A DNA stretch of 64,000 nt from Chlorobiota bacterium (GTDB lineage Bacteria; Bacteroidota; Bacteroidia; Bacteroidales; JAADGE01): positions 37,916-101,915 of the forward strand of contig JAADGE010000027.1 in the NCBI GenBank assembly GCA_013152535.1. Direction: 5' to 3'. The position numbers and the translations under genes were made by a program. Positions 45,993-56,341 of the stretch are shown here, one piece after another; position 1 is the first letter of the stretch, and each line of letters opens with the position of its first letter. The notes below the pieces were generated by a model. The model had not been told where the DNA came from and made no database searches. It worked only from the letters and a program-made list of their open reading frames with translations.

Positions 45993-46598
45993 ATGGCTAA
46001 ACAAAGAGAGTCTACATTTGTCAATATGGTTGTCGTACTTTTTATTGTATCGGTAATTGCAGCAACTGCATTAGCATTAGTATATAAGGCAACCAAAGGA
46101 CCGATTGCAAAATCGAAACTTGAAAAAAAGAAAAAAGCAATTAAAAATGTCGTCAATGACTTTGATAATAATCCGATTGCCGAAATGTTTAAAATTCCGG
46201 TTGCAGGCGGAGACAGTGTAGAATGTTATCCTGCCAAAAAAGACGGAAAAATTGTCGGTTATGCAATTAAAACATTTTCTAAAAAAGGATTCGGCGGACT
46301 GATTACCCTAATGATAGGTTTTGATCCTGACGGTCATATTCATAAAACAGCCGTTTTGGAACAACATGAAACGCCCGGATTAGGGGATAAAATGCAAAGG
46401 AATAAATCAACATTCAGTAATCAATTTGATAATATGGATGTTCCGAATATTCCGGATAAAGACCATGACGGTATTATTATAGAAGTTACAAAAGATCATG
46501 GAACCGTTGATGCAATAACGGCAGCAACTATCAGTTCCAGAGCTTTTTGCGATGCAGCGGAACGTGCTTATAATGCGTTTAAAAAAATTAAAAAGTAA
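45993..46598 (+). CDS. rnfG: Rnf electron transport complex subunit G (FMN-binding)
   Basis: It has an N-terminal TM segment, ETPGLG and VDAITAATISSRA (FMN attachment motif). Confidence 0.88.
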   Translation: MAKQRESTFVNMVVVLFIVSVIAATALALVYKATKGPIAKSKLEKKKKAIKNVVNDFDNNPIAEMFKIPVAGGDSVECYPAKKDGKIVGYAIKTFSKKGFGGLITLMIGFDPDGHIHKTAVLEQHETPGLGDKMQRNKSTFSNQFDNMDVPNIPDKDHDGIIIEVTKDHGTVDAITAATISSRAFCDAAERAYNAFKKIKK

Positions 46599-46663
46599 TT
46601 CTTACGAATCGTTAGTTTGTAAAAAACATTAAGATAATAAATAATATATAATACTTTCATAAT

Positions 46664-47248
46664 ATGAGTAAGTTTAAAATATTTACCAAAGGATTTTTTG
46701 CCGAAAATGCAGTTTTTGTGATGTTGCTCGGATTGTGCCCGACACTCGGTACAACAACTTCTGCAATTAACGGATTAGGAATGGGATTGGCAACAACATT
46801 TGTTCTCGTGATGTCCAATGCTGTAGTTTCTTTAGTAAAAAAACAAATTCCCGATCAAGTCAGAATTCCGGCATTTATTGTAATTATTGCTTCATTTGTT
46901 ACAATCGTAGAATTGTTGATGCAGGCGTATGTACCTGATTTGTATGATGTTTTGGGCATATTTATTCCCTTAATTGTTGTAAACTGTATCATTCTCGGAC
47001 GTGCCGAAGCTTTTGCATCTAAAAATAATGTATTTGATTCAATTCTTGACGGTTTGGGAATGGGTTTAGGATTTGCGATGGCATTAACGATATTGGGTTC
47101 TGTAAGAGAAATTCTCGGAAGCGGATCAATTTTTAATATTACGATATACAAAGGAGACGGTGCTTTGGTTTTTGTTTTGGCACCGGGAGCATTTATTGTA
47201 CTGGGGTATTTAATAGCTCTTATAAATCGTTTAACTAAAAGGGCATAA
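46664..47248 (+). CDS. rnfE: Rnf electron transport complex subunit E
   Basis: [29 protein letters not shown] and [12 protein letters not shown] match RnfE/NqrD. Confidence 0.88.
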   Translation: MSKFKIFTKGFFAENAVFVMLLGLCPTLGTTTSAINGLGMGLATTFVLVMSNAVVSLVKKQIPDQVRIPAFIVIIASFVTIVELLMQAYVPDLYDVLGIFIPLIVVNCIILGRAEAFASKNNVFDSILDGLGMGLGFAMALTILGSVREILGSGSIFNITIYKGDGALVFVLAPGAFIVLGYLIALINRLTKRA

Positions 47249-47270
47249 ATTAACTGTTAAAAATAAAAAA

Positions 47271-47846
47271 ATGGAATATATATTAATAATCATATCAGCA
47301 ATTTTTGTAAACAATGTTATTTTATCGCGATTTTTAGGATTATGTCCTTTTTTCGGTGTTTCGAAACAAGTGGGGACAGCAGCCGGAATGGGCGGAGCTG
47401 TCGTATTTGTTATGACAATTGCTACCATTGTTACTTATCTTCTTCAAAAATATATTTTGGTATCGTTTCATATTGAATATATGCAAACAATAACTTTTAT
47501 ACTTGTTATTGCTGCATTGGTTCAACTTGTGGAAATTATATTAAAAAAAGTAAGTCCTTCGCTTTATCAGGCACTCGGGATTTATTTACCTTTAATAACC
47601 ACGAATTGTGCTGTTTTGGGAATTGCTATTTTAGCTGTCGGAACAGACGGGTTCGGTTTAATTAAAAGTACTTTATTTGCTACCGCTTCTGCAATAGGTT
47701 TTGCTTTGGCACTGGTAATATTTGCCGGATTGCGAGAACATCTTGACTTAGCAAATGTTCCCGAAGGAATGAAAGGAGTTCCGATTGCATTTATAACTGC
47801 AGGCTTGCTTGCACTTGCTTTTATGGGTTTTTCGGGAATTGCATAA
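47271..47846 (+). CDS. rnfA: Rnf electron transport complex subunit A
   Basis: [22 protein letters not shown] and [11 protein letters not shown] match RnfA/NqrE. Confidence 0.88.
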   Translation: MEYILIIISAIFVNNVILSRFLGLCPFFGVSKQVGTAAGMGGAVVFVMTIATIVTYLLQKYILVSFHIEYMQTITFILVIAALVQLVEIILKKVSPSLYQALGIYLPLITTNCAVLGIAILAVGTDGFGLIKSTLFATASAIGFALALVIFAGLREHLDLANVPEGMKGVPIAFITAGLLALAFMGFSGIA

Positions 47847-47918
47847 AGCAGCATACGAAATACGAGAATATACAGATATAAGTCAGCGTTTTAATAGTTG
47901 AAAAGATGTAAGTATTAA

Positions 47919-47926
47919 TATATTTG
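47919..47926 (+). promoter_or_regulatory. Candidate TAnnTTTG -7 promoter box
   Basis: tatatttg lies 16 nt upstream of ATG 47942. It overlaps the TTG that the ORF track uses as the start, which argues for the ATG start. Confidence 0.3.
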
Positions 47927-47941
47927 CATCTTGAATTTAAT

Positions 47942-48865
47942 ATGCTGAAATTTGAACTAAATAATACTGCAAAAGGATATCTTTTTATTTCTGTTTCCGT
48001 TTTGGCAATGGCAAATGTGTATATTTTTAGTAAAGCTTCACTAAACTTAATCCATATCAGTCAGTTTGGTGTTTACTGGTTTGGTTTCGGGATAATTTAT
48101 AATTTGATATTTAACAGAAAAAATTTAAAGTTATCTTTATTAAAACCGATAATACGAAAATACGGATTTCTTATTTCAGGAATAGGAATTTTAGAAGTTT
48201 TGGGAACATCTTCATTCTTTTTTGCTTTAAAAACTATGTCAAATCCGGCATTGATTTCATTTTTTTCAAATGTAACCCCTGTTTTTGTTACTATTCTGGG
48301 AATTAGTGTGTTAAAAGAACATTTTAACTTTATAGAAATTATCGGAATTATTCTGGCAATTACGGGTTCTTTTATTATTGCATATAATCCGGGATTGGAA
48401 GTGCGAGATAATTATTACAAAGCATTAATATTAATTATTTTCTCAGGATTAAGTTTTTCTGTATCAACAATTTTATCTAAACATAATATAAAAAATATTT
48501 CTCCGTCAATTTTAAGTATTAACAGAGCAATTTTTCTGTTTTTTACATCATTGATTTTCTTGTTCATTACACAGAATTCCTTAATTATTCCTGTTAAAGC
48601 ATTTCTTTTGGTATCTGCAGGATCTTTTTTAGGTCCTTTTCTTGCTGCAATTGCAGGTTATTCAGCTTTAAAATATATTGAAGCTTCAAAAAGTTCTGTT
48701 ATAGGAAGTTCTAAAGCATTATTTGTTTTATTGAGTTCGTGGTTGTTTTTCAGTATGATACCCACAACATATCAATTAACAGGCGGATTAATAAGTGTTT
48801 TCGGTATTTTTGTACTTGCGAGCGGAAAAAAATTAATTTATAAAAAAGTTAAAAAGAAAATTTAA
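47942..48865 (+). CDS. EamA/DMT family transporter
   Basis: It has about 10 TM segments in a duplicated EamA-like arrangement. Confidence 0.75.
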   Translation: MLKFELNNTAKGYLFISVSVLAMANVYIFSKASLNLIHISQFGVYWFGFGIIYNLIFNRKNLKLSLLKPIIRKYGFLISGIGILEVLGTSSFFFALKTMSNPALISFFSNVTPVFVTILGISVLKEHFNFIEIIGIILAITGSFIIAYNPGLEVRDNYYKALILIIFSGLSFSVSTILSKHNIKNISPSILSINRAIFLFFTSLIFLFITQNSLIIPVKAFLLVSAGSFLGPFLAAIAGYSALKYIEASKSSVIGSSKALFVLLSSWLFFSMIPTTYQLTGGLISVFGIFVLASGKKLIYKKVKKKI

Positions 48866-49782
48866 TGATTTTTGATACGCACAGAGGCGAAATGTATGCT
48901 TTGTTTGCTGCCTTATTATGGGTTTTCGGAGCAATGCTTTTTGAAACTCTCGGTAAAAAAAACGGTGCTACAACCGTAAATTTTTTAAGATTGCTTTTGG
49001 GTTTTATTTTCTTAAGTATTTTCACCCTTTTCTCAAGAGGATTTTTACTGCCGATTGACGCTGATTTACATTCATGGCTTTGGCTGTTACTTTCGGGAAT
49101 TGTCGGTTTTGCAATAGGAGATTTGTTTTTGTTTAAAGCGTTGGTAATGATTGGTGCTCGTATTTCTATGCTTATAATGACTTTAGCACCGCCTACAGCA
49201 GCTATTCTTGGTTGGTTAATATTAGGTGAAACTTTAAGTCCCTTCCAATTATTCGGTATGGTTGTTACACTATTCGGGATTGCAATTGTCATACTTCAAA
49301 GACAAGATAAAAATTCAAACAATACTAAAAAAAACGGTCAAAAATTCAAATACCCTTTAATCGGTATTTTAATGGCGGTGATAGGTGCGTTAGGGCAAGG
49401 TACAGGGTTGGTTTTGAGCAAATTAGGAATGAGAGATTATAATCCGTTTGCTGCAACTCAAATCAGAATTATTGCAGGTTTGTTCGGCTTGGGTATAATA
49501 ATTTCTTTCTCAAAAAAATGGAAAACTGTATTAAAACCGGTAACAAATATCAGAACAATGAGCTTGTTGAGTCTCGGTGCAGTTTTAGGTTCATTTCTCG
49601 GTATTTCTTTTTCATTGTTAGCTATAAAATATACAAATACCGGCGTTGCTTCTACGATTATGGCAATTCAACCGATTTTATTAATTCCTGCAAGTATGGT
49701 TATTTTTAAAGAAAAAGTTAATTTTACTGAAGTAATCGGAGCTTTAGTTGCTGTTTCGGGGATTGTCTTGTTTTTTATGTGA
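48865..49782 (+). CDS. EamA/DMT family transporter
   Basis: It has about 10 TM segments. The start overlaps the stop of the preceding DMT gene by 1 nt. Confidence 0.75.
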   Translation: MIFDTHRGEMYALFAALLWVFGAMLFETLGKKNGATTVNFLRLLLGFIFLSIFTLFSRGFLLPIDADLHSWLWLLLSGIVGFAIGDLFLFKALVMIGARISMLIMTLAPPTAAILGWLILGETLSPFQLFGMVVTLFGIAIVILQRQDKNSNNTKKNGQKFKYPLIGILMAVIGALGQGTGLVLSKLGMRDYNPFAATQIRIIAGLFGLGIIISFSKKWKTVLKPVTNIRTMSLLSLGAVLGSFLGISFSLLAIKYTNTGVASTIMAIQPILLIPASMVIFKEKVNFTEVIGALVAVSGIVLFFM

Positions 49783-49821
49783 TTTTTTATAACTTGCATA
49801 AAAATTTTTATCTTTTTAATC

Positions 49822-50766
49822 GTGAATTCACTGAAACAGATTTTACAAAACAGAGATACGGTCGGACTAATTACTCCTGCCGGTTTTATTAATAGACAAA
49901 AATTGGATATTGCCGTTCGGAATTTACAATTTTTCGGATTAAATGCTTTTTATTATGACAGTGTGCTTGAAAAATACGGATATTTGGCGGGAGATGATAA
50001 AAGTCGGCTGAATGAATTGCATAAAATGTACGAAAACAGAAATATTAAAGCAATAATTTGTGTAAGAGGCGGATACGGAACAATGAGACTGCTTGATAAA
50101 ATTAATTACGATTTAATAAAGAAAAATCCGAAGCCCATGATAGGGTACAGTGATATTACGGCTTTAATTAATGCAATTTATAAAAAAACAAAAATTCCGG
50201 GGTTTCACGGTATTGTAGGGAGCGGCAAATTTACTGAATATACTTCAGAAAATTTTAAAAAGGTTTTTTTTGAGACTACTGACAAGTTAAATATTGATAT
50301 TTCGGAAAACCATAAAAAAGATGCTTATGTAATTAACTCGGGAAAGGTATCGGGAAAACTTGTCGGCGGTAATTTATCTCTTATAATGAGTACAATAGGA
50401 ACACCTTTCGAGATTTCTTTTAAAAATAAAATTGTTTTTTTGGAAGATATTGCCGAAGCACCGTATAAAATTGATCGTATGTTGACACAATTGATTTCGG
50501 CAGGAAAATTTAAACATGTTAAAGGAATTATTTTCGGAAGGTTTGCCGGTTGTGAACCGGAAGCTGAGGAGAAAGAAAATTCTTTTATTTTGAAGGAAAT
50601 TATTCTTGACAGGATAAAACCGTTAAAAATATCTGCTGTTTACGGATTCTCATTCGGACATATTTCCAATCAGGCAATCTTTCCGGTTGGTGTAAAAGCA
50701 TATTTTAATACTGATAATTTTTCAATTTCAATGAAAAGAAAAGATATAAATCAATTTTTTAATTAA
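49822..50766 (+). CDS. LD-carboxypeptidase (S66 family, LdcA/MccF-like)
   Basis: It has a GTG start. VGLITPAG, C.RGGYGTMRLL, GYSDITAL (catalytic Ser) and FGH match the S66 family. Confidence 0.85.
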   Translation: MNSLKQILQNRDTVGLITPAGFINRQKLDIAVRNLQFFGLNAFYYDSVLEKYGYLAGDDKSRLNELHKMYENRNIKAIICVRGGYGTMRLLDKINYDLIKKNPKPMIGYSDITALINAIYKKTKIPGFHGIVGSGKFTEYTSENFKKVFFETTDKLNIDISENHKKDAYVINSGKVSGKLVGGNLSLIMSTIGTPFEISFKNKIVFLEDIAEAPYKIDRMLTQLISAGKFKHVKGIIFGRFAGCEPEAEEKENSFILKEIILDRIKPLKISAVYGFSFGHISNQAIFPVGVKAYFNTDNFSISMKRKDINQFFN

Positions 50767-50860
50767 TTTTACACATTAATAAATGAGAAATAAAGGGTTT
50801 GATTTTAGTTACCTGTATGAATTAAAACTCTGACTGATAGTTGTTAAAAAATAAAAATAA

Positions 50861-51163
50861 ATGATAATACAAATAAATCATAATTTAGATAAGGAAAGAG
50901 GTATTATTTGTGCCGAAAAAATATTTTTTAAACTTGCCGAGCAATATAAAGATGAATTTTCTGATTTAAAGCAAGAAACAAACGGAAATGAAATAGATTT
51001 TTCATTTAAAATAAGAGGAATGAAGATAAACGGACAAATTACTGTCAACGAAAATAAAGTTGTAATTGAAAGTAACCTTCCTTTTGCAGCACGAATTTTT
51101 CAGGGAATGATTGAAACTCAAATTAAAGAAAATGCCGATAAAATGCTTTCGGAATGTAAATAA
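50861..51163 (+). CDS. Small conserved protein, possibly polyhydroxyalkanoate-system-like (PHA_gran_rgn) family
   Basis: It is 100 aa. The I.I.H.L..E.......F..L...Y pattern followed by G.I.V....V.IE..LPF resembles that family. The assignment is tentative. Confidence 0.35.
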   Translation: MIIQINHNLDKERGIICAEKIFFKLAEQYKDEFSDLKQETNGNEIDFSFKIRGMKINGQITVNENKVVIESNLPFAARIFQGMIETQIKENADKMLSECK

Positions 51164-51185
51164 TATTAAACGTAAACATATATAA

Positions 51186-52052
51186 ATGAAAATTAAAATT
51201 TTAACCTTTGCCGCAATCACTATGATACTGATGAGTTTTACGGTTGACAAGCCCGCTTATATGCTTTTTGATAAAAACGGAAAAAAAGTGAAGTATAAAA
51301 AAATGATTAGAGCTTTAAATAAAGCAGATATTGTTTTTATCGGTGAACTTCATAATAACCCGATAAGCCATTGGGCAGAAATTGAAATTACTAAGGATTT
51401 GTTTAAAAGCCATAACGGTGATTTAATTTTGGGTGCAGAGATGTTTGAAGCAGACAATCAGCTTGTTATAAACGAATATCTGAAAGGCTATTTTTCAGCA
51501 AAAAAGTTTGAAGCTGATGCACGTTTGTGGCCGAATTATAAAACAGATTATAAACCCCTGATGACTTTTGCAAAAGACAGCAGCTTAAAATTTATCGCAA
51601 CCAATATTCCGAGAAGATACGCAAATATTGTTTTTAAAGAAGGATTTGACGGACTTAATAAATTAACTGATGAAGCAAAAAAATTTATTGCCCCTTTACC
51701 GCCGGAATACGACTTGAAAGTAAAATGTTACACCGATATGATAGAAATGGGTAAGCAAATGGGAGATACGAATTTGTATTTCCCTAAAGCACAAGCAATA
51801 AAAGATGCAACTATGGCATATTTTATTAATAAAAACTTGGAGAAAGGTAAAATATTTATACATTATAACGGCTCTTATCATTCTGATAATCACGAAGGTA
51901 TTATCTGGTATTTAAAAAAACTAAAACCAAATTTAAAAATATTGACTATCTCTACTGTTGAACAAAAAAATATTAATGAATTAAAAGAAGATAATAAAAA
52001 CTTAGCAGATTATATTTTCGCTGTTCCGGAATCTATGACTAAAACCTATTAA
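51186..52052 (+). CDS. ChaN-like haem-binding/uptake (Tiki/TraB/PrgY superfamily) lipoprotein
   Basis: ADIVFIGELHNNPISHW and GAEMFEADNQ are typical of the ChaN family. Confidence 0.7.
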   Translation: MKIKILTFAAITMILMSFTVDKPAYMLFDKNGKKVKYKKMIRALNKADIVFIGELHNNPISHWAEIEITKDLFKSHNGDLILGAEMFEADNQLVINEYLKGYFSAKKFEADARLWPNYKTDYKPLMTFAKDSSLKFIATNIPRRYANIVFKEGFDGLNKLTDEAKKFIAPLPPEYDLKVKCYTDMIEMGKQMGDTNLYFPKAQAIKDATMAYFINKNLEKGKIFIHYNGSYHSDNHEGIIWYLKKLKPNLKILTISTVEQKNINELKEDNKNLADYIFAVPESMTKTY

Positions 52053-52300
52053 ATCGGCAACAAACAAAAACGCTTAATTCTGCTTAACACATTCTATACC
52101 TGTTAATTCCCCGAATAATACAATCATAAATTATGTATAATTTATGATTTGTACCTAAAGAGCGTATATATATATAAGCATACGAATAAATATGCAACTT
52201 TTTATCAAAAAAACTTGTCTCTTTAACAAACCTTTTTGTCAATTTGACGTATATATATATTGCGGAATTAACTTAATTTCGTTTTAAATAAAATTAAGCT

Positions 52301-54643
52301 ATGAAAACTTTAAAACTCACTTTTCTAATATGTTTTTATTTATTTCCTATTGTTGGATTTTCTCAAACTGTTAATACCTGGACAGGGGCAGGTGACGGAA
52401 CATCTTATAATAATTCGAGTAACTGGAGTTCAGGGCTTACACCTTTATCTTCAGATACAATTATTTTTGATAATGTAAATGTAACAATTACAAATATACC
52501 GATTATTTCTATCAATCTGGCCGGTATTAAAATTATAAATAATTCTAATGTTACTTTTGAATCTTCTGCGAATACGATTAACTTTAATTGTCAAAATATG
52601 ATTGTTGATGCAAGCAGTACTTTTGCTTTAAGCGGTAGCACAGCAATTAACGTTAGTTTTTCAGACGCATTTGTTGAGGGTACTATTGATGCCGGAGATA
52701 TTCACCAATTTAACGGTGTAATTGATTTCGAAGAGAATTCTGTTGTTGAAACTGCAAATAGCGGTGGTTTTGAAAGTAGTATATCAGGGAATATATCTTT
52801 TGCTGATCTTAGCACTTTTACAATTAATTATTACGGAAACAGCGTACAAAATACAGGATTATTAAATGGTGCAATAGACAGTATCGGGACTATTATAACA
52901 GATAATCCGTACACAGTTAATTTAGACAGAAATATAAAAGTTAAGAATTTAGTGTTAAACGACGGGATATTTAATCTTGACGGTTATACTTTAACATTAA
53001 ACGGGAACTGTTCATTTACCTCAGGTGTTCTTGCAGGTAACAGTACATCTTCATTAAATATAATCGGAGTAGGCAGCGGCGATGCAATGCACATAGAGTT
53101 TGACCCTGCATATGCCGTTCTCAGATATCTTACAATTGACAGACCAAATGATGAAATTGTTACTGTTAATTCAATCTTAACTATTAGTAATGGTTTAACT
53201 GTTAACGGAGGGAAATTACGTATTAATAACATGCTTACAATGCCTGCGACAGCTACAATCACAACTGCAACATCAATAAATTATATAATTACGGGAGATT
53301 ATGGTGTTCTGAATAAATCAATAGCAGTGGGTAATGACGTAAAATTACCTGTAGGAACCGAGGACTACTATGCTCCTGTTACAATTAATACTGTTTCTGC
53401 AGATAATTATCAAATAAGCGTTCATGACAGTATCTATTCAAACGGAAATTTCGGAATTCCGTTAACAAAACAAAATGTAAATTTACGATGGAAAATTATT
53501 CCGGCTTCTAATACACAATTTGATTTAACTTTAGCTTGGAATCCGGCAGCACAAAACGGAGCCTTTGATTTTTCAAATTCATACATATCTAATTATAACG
53601 GAACAGAGTGGAATAATTTGGGACTGACTAATTATTCAACAGGAAGTTTAAATTCCTTGTCTTTATATTCCGTTTCTTCAGAAGGTTTGTTCGGGGTTTT
53701 CTCCGGAACTAATAATCTCCCTGCGGCTGCTGATAATGAAATTACTGCAGCAATGAATACTGCATACATCTTTAGTCCGGAAGATTTTAATTATTCGGAT
53801 ATTGACGGTGATGCGTTTGCAAAAATTATGATTAATGAAATACCTTTAACGGGTGTTTTATTTTTAGATTATAATGAAAACTTTATGGTTGATAACGGTG
53901 AAGAAATTCAAGCAGGAGATCAAATTAATATACATCAAATTTCTAATCAATTGTTAAAGTTTGCACCGATTACGGATGATTTCGGAAGTCCGTACACAAC
54001 ATTTACTTTTTCTGTAAGTGACGGGACGAACTACAGTATATATTCTTATATTATGACAGTTAATGTTACGGATAATGTTCCGCCTGCGGCACAAGATCAA
54101 ACTTTTACTGTTCCGGAGCACAGTCCGAACGGTACAACAGTCGGTAAAATTATTGCAAGTGATTCCAATGCCGATCAAACACTGTCTTTTTATCCTGTAG
54201 AAAACGGAGTAATTTATTCCGATGCTTTTTCGTTAGCTCTCGACGGAACAATTACCGTAAGCAATTCCGATTTGTTAGAATATTCAATTCATCCTGAATT
54301 CAATTATTTAGTAAATGTTTGTGATGACGGAACTCCGACATTATGTACTCCGATAACAATTACAATTAACTTGTCGGAAGTAATCAGAAATTTAGTTGCA
54401 GCTAATTTTATTTCCCCGAACGGAGACGGACATAACGATCGTTGGTTGGTAAAAGGATTGGAAAACGGAATTTACGAAGCATTTATTTTTAACAGCAGCG
54501 GAAAATTATTGTTTCACTCGGCAGATTACAAAAACGGCTGGGACGGAACAAGCAGAGGCAAAGAACTTCCTGCAGGTGTTTATTATTATTTATTAAAATC
54601 ACCTGATACTGAATTAAAAGGAACCATTACTTTGGTCAGATAA
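52301..54643 (+). CDS. Large secreted adhesin-like protein with cadherin-like repeat and T9SS type-B C-terminal sorting domain
   Basis: The signal peptide ends GFS|Q. A cadherin-like block reads VTDNVPPAAQDQTFTVPEHSPNGTTVGKIIASD. The C-terminus FISPNGDGHNDRWLVKGLE...GWDGTS.GKELPAGVYYY is the gliding-motility-associated CTD. Confidence 0.85.
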   Translation: MKTLKLTFLICFYLFPIVGFSQTVNTWTGAGDGTSYNNSSNWSSGLTPLSSDTIIFDNVNVTITNIPIISINLAGIKIINNSNVTFESSANTINFNCQNMIVDASSTFALSGSTAINVSFSDAFVEGTIDAGDIHQFNGVIDFEENSVVETANSGGFESSISGNISFADLSTFTINYYGNSVQNTGLLNGAIDSIGTIITDNPYTVNLDRNIKVKNLVLNDGIFNLDGYTLTLNGNCSFTSGVLAGNSTSSLNIIGVGSGDAMHIEFDPAYAVLRYLTIDRPNDEIVTVNSILTISNGLTVNGGKLRINNMLTMPATATITTATSINYIITGDYGVLNKSIAVGNDVKLPVGTEDYYAPVTINTVSADNYQISVHDSIYSNGNFGIPLTKQNVNLRWKIIPASNTQFDLTLAWNPAAQNGAFDFSNSYISNYNGTEWNNLGLTNYSTGSLNSLSLYSVSSEGLFGVFSGTNNLPAAADNEITAAMNTAYIFSPEDFNYSDIDGDAFAKIMINEIPLTGVLFLDYNENFMVDNGEEIQAGDQINIHQISNQLLKFAPITDDFGSPYTTFTFSVSDGTNYSIYSYIMTVNVTDNVPPAAQDQTFTVPEHSPNGTTVGKIIASDSNADQTLSFYPVENGVIYSDAFSLALDGTITVSNSDLLEYSIHPEFNYLVNVCDDGTPTLCTPITITINLSEVIRNLVAANFISPNGDGHNDRWLVKGLENGIYEAFIFNSSGKLLFHSADYKNGWDGTSRGKELPAGVYYYLLKSPDTELKGTITLVR

Positions 54644-54732
54644 CGGATTTATGATTCCGGTATTTTAATTAAACTTACAACTTTTCATTTTTTTGAACGA
54701 TTTTTGACAGTGAATTATTATAATAACAAAAG

Positions 54733-56289
54733 ATGATAAAAAAGATAGTATTCATAATAATAAGTACATTGATTTTTTCACAGTCTGAAGCACAGATTTA
54801 TAACATACATAATTTTTACACTCAAAATATGTTTTATTATGCCCCGGCACATACCGGAGATAAAGAACAATTTGCCGCATTTGCCGATTACAGAAATCTT
54901 TTGACTGGTATTAAAGATGCATTGCAAACAGCAACAGTCGGATTACATTCTCCTATTACTTCAAAAATGAATATCGGCGGATTAATTAAAACGCAAAGAG
55001 CCGGATTATTTGAAACTGTATCAGGTCGTTTGGATTATTCTTTCAGAACACATATAACAGACAATCAGCTTATAGCGTTGGGAATAAACGGAGGTGTTAT
55101 GCAGCGAAATTTAAATGTTGATAATGCAATTGTTGCCGATCCCGATGACCCGACCTTATTGCCCGATTATTCGAAGAAAATAATTTTCTTTGCGGGGGCT
55201 TCATTAAATTATCGCTTTAAGAATATTAATTTCGATATCGGAATTCCGTCAATATATCGGTCTTCAAATTTATTAACAACAAATTATTTTTCATTTTTGT
55301 CTTATGATTTATTTTCAAAAAATAGTATATGGCAATTTCAACCTTCTGTTTTAACCATATATAATTCATCAAATTTTTTTGATGCACATATAAATTTTCT
55401 TGTTAATTATGAAAATGTTTTTTGGGTTCAGCCGACATATAAACTAAATGGCAGTATTGTTGTTGCAGCAGGTGTGAATTTTAAAAAAATGGGTATCGCT
55501 TATGCTTACGAAACAAATTCAGGTGCATTATCATACATCGGCGGTGCATCACATGAAATAATCCTTACCTACGGTTTCTTCAAAAAACGCTTAAATCCGG
55601 AAGATACTGTTGCACTTAACAAACTTAATAATCCGAGACTGAAAGGAAAAATTAACGGTAAAACTTATGAAGAATATGTAACTTCAAATAATTACGGTTT
55701 TTACAATAATATTATGGAATTAACGGATTCCGTTCACAGAGAAGAGATTAGGAAAACAGATTCAATAAAAGCCGTTGCAAATCAAGATTCAATTAAACAA
55801 GCACTGCTGAATCAAGCTGCAATTGATTCGTTAAATAATGCAAAAATTGATTCATTAAGGAAAGTCCGTTTAGATTCAATTGCACAGGCAAAAAGAGATT
55901 CTGCAAGACAACATGCTTTAAGACATTTATCTGACCAAGAATTGAAAATTTTGCAAAAAGGAGTTCATTTCAAACTAAATTCTGCTATGCTTACACAGGA
56001 AGCAAGAAACTATTTGGATTCTGTTGCCGATCTGATTATTAAAAATAAAAATATTAAAGTATTGATAACCGGCTATACTTGTAATTTAGGAACGGAAGAA
56101 GTTAATTTGCGTTTTTCAATTGATCGAGCGGAATCTGTAGAATATTATTTACTCCGACAAGGGGTTCCTCGCGACAGAGTTTCGACAAATGCAGGTTTAG
56201 ATGCCGAACCGGTTGTTCCGAACACGAATGAAGCAAACCGGAAATTAAACAGACGGGTCAGTTTTTCAATTATTAAAGGCAAGCTCTGA
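54733..56289 (+). CDS. PorP/SprF-family T9SS membrane protein fused to C-terminal OmpA domain
   Basis: The N-terminal approx. 280 aa (QN.F.YAPA.TG, final TYGF) is PorP/SprF-like. The C-terminus F.LNSA.L......LD......N....LI.GYTCN.G.EE.N...S..RA..V..YL...NRRVSF is an OmpA_C domain. Confidence 0.8.
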   Translation: MIKKIVFIIISTLIFSQSEAQIYNIHNFYTQNMFYYAPAHTGDKEQFAAFADYRNLLTGIKDALQTATVGLHSPITSKMNIGGLIKTQRAGLFETVSGRLDYSFRTHITDNQLIALGINGGVMQRNLNVDNAIVADPDDPTLLPDYSKKIIFFAGASLNYRFKNINFDIGIPSIYRSSNLLTTNYFSFLSYDLFSKNSIWQFQPSVLTIYNSSNFFDAHINFLVNYENVFWVQPTYKLNGSIVVAAGVNFKKMGIAYAYETNSGALSYIGGASHEIILTYGFFKKRLNPEDTVALNKLNNPRLKGKINGKTYEEYVTSNNYGFYNNIMELTDSVHREEIRKTDSIKAVANQDSIKQALLNQAAIDSLNNAKIDSLRKVRLDSIAQAKRDSARQHALRHLSDQELKILQKGVHFKLNSAMLTQEARNYLDSVADLIIKNKNIKVLITGYTCNLGTEEVNLRFSIDRAESVEYYLLRQGVPRDRVSTNAGLDAEPVVPNTNEANRKLNRRVSFSIIKGKL

Positions 56290-56341
56290 TAATTGGGAGG
56301 CATCAATATATGAAAATTTAGGCGAAGTGTAATAAGTATTA

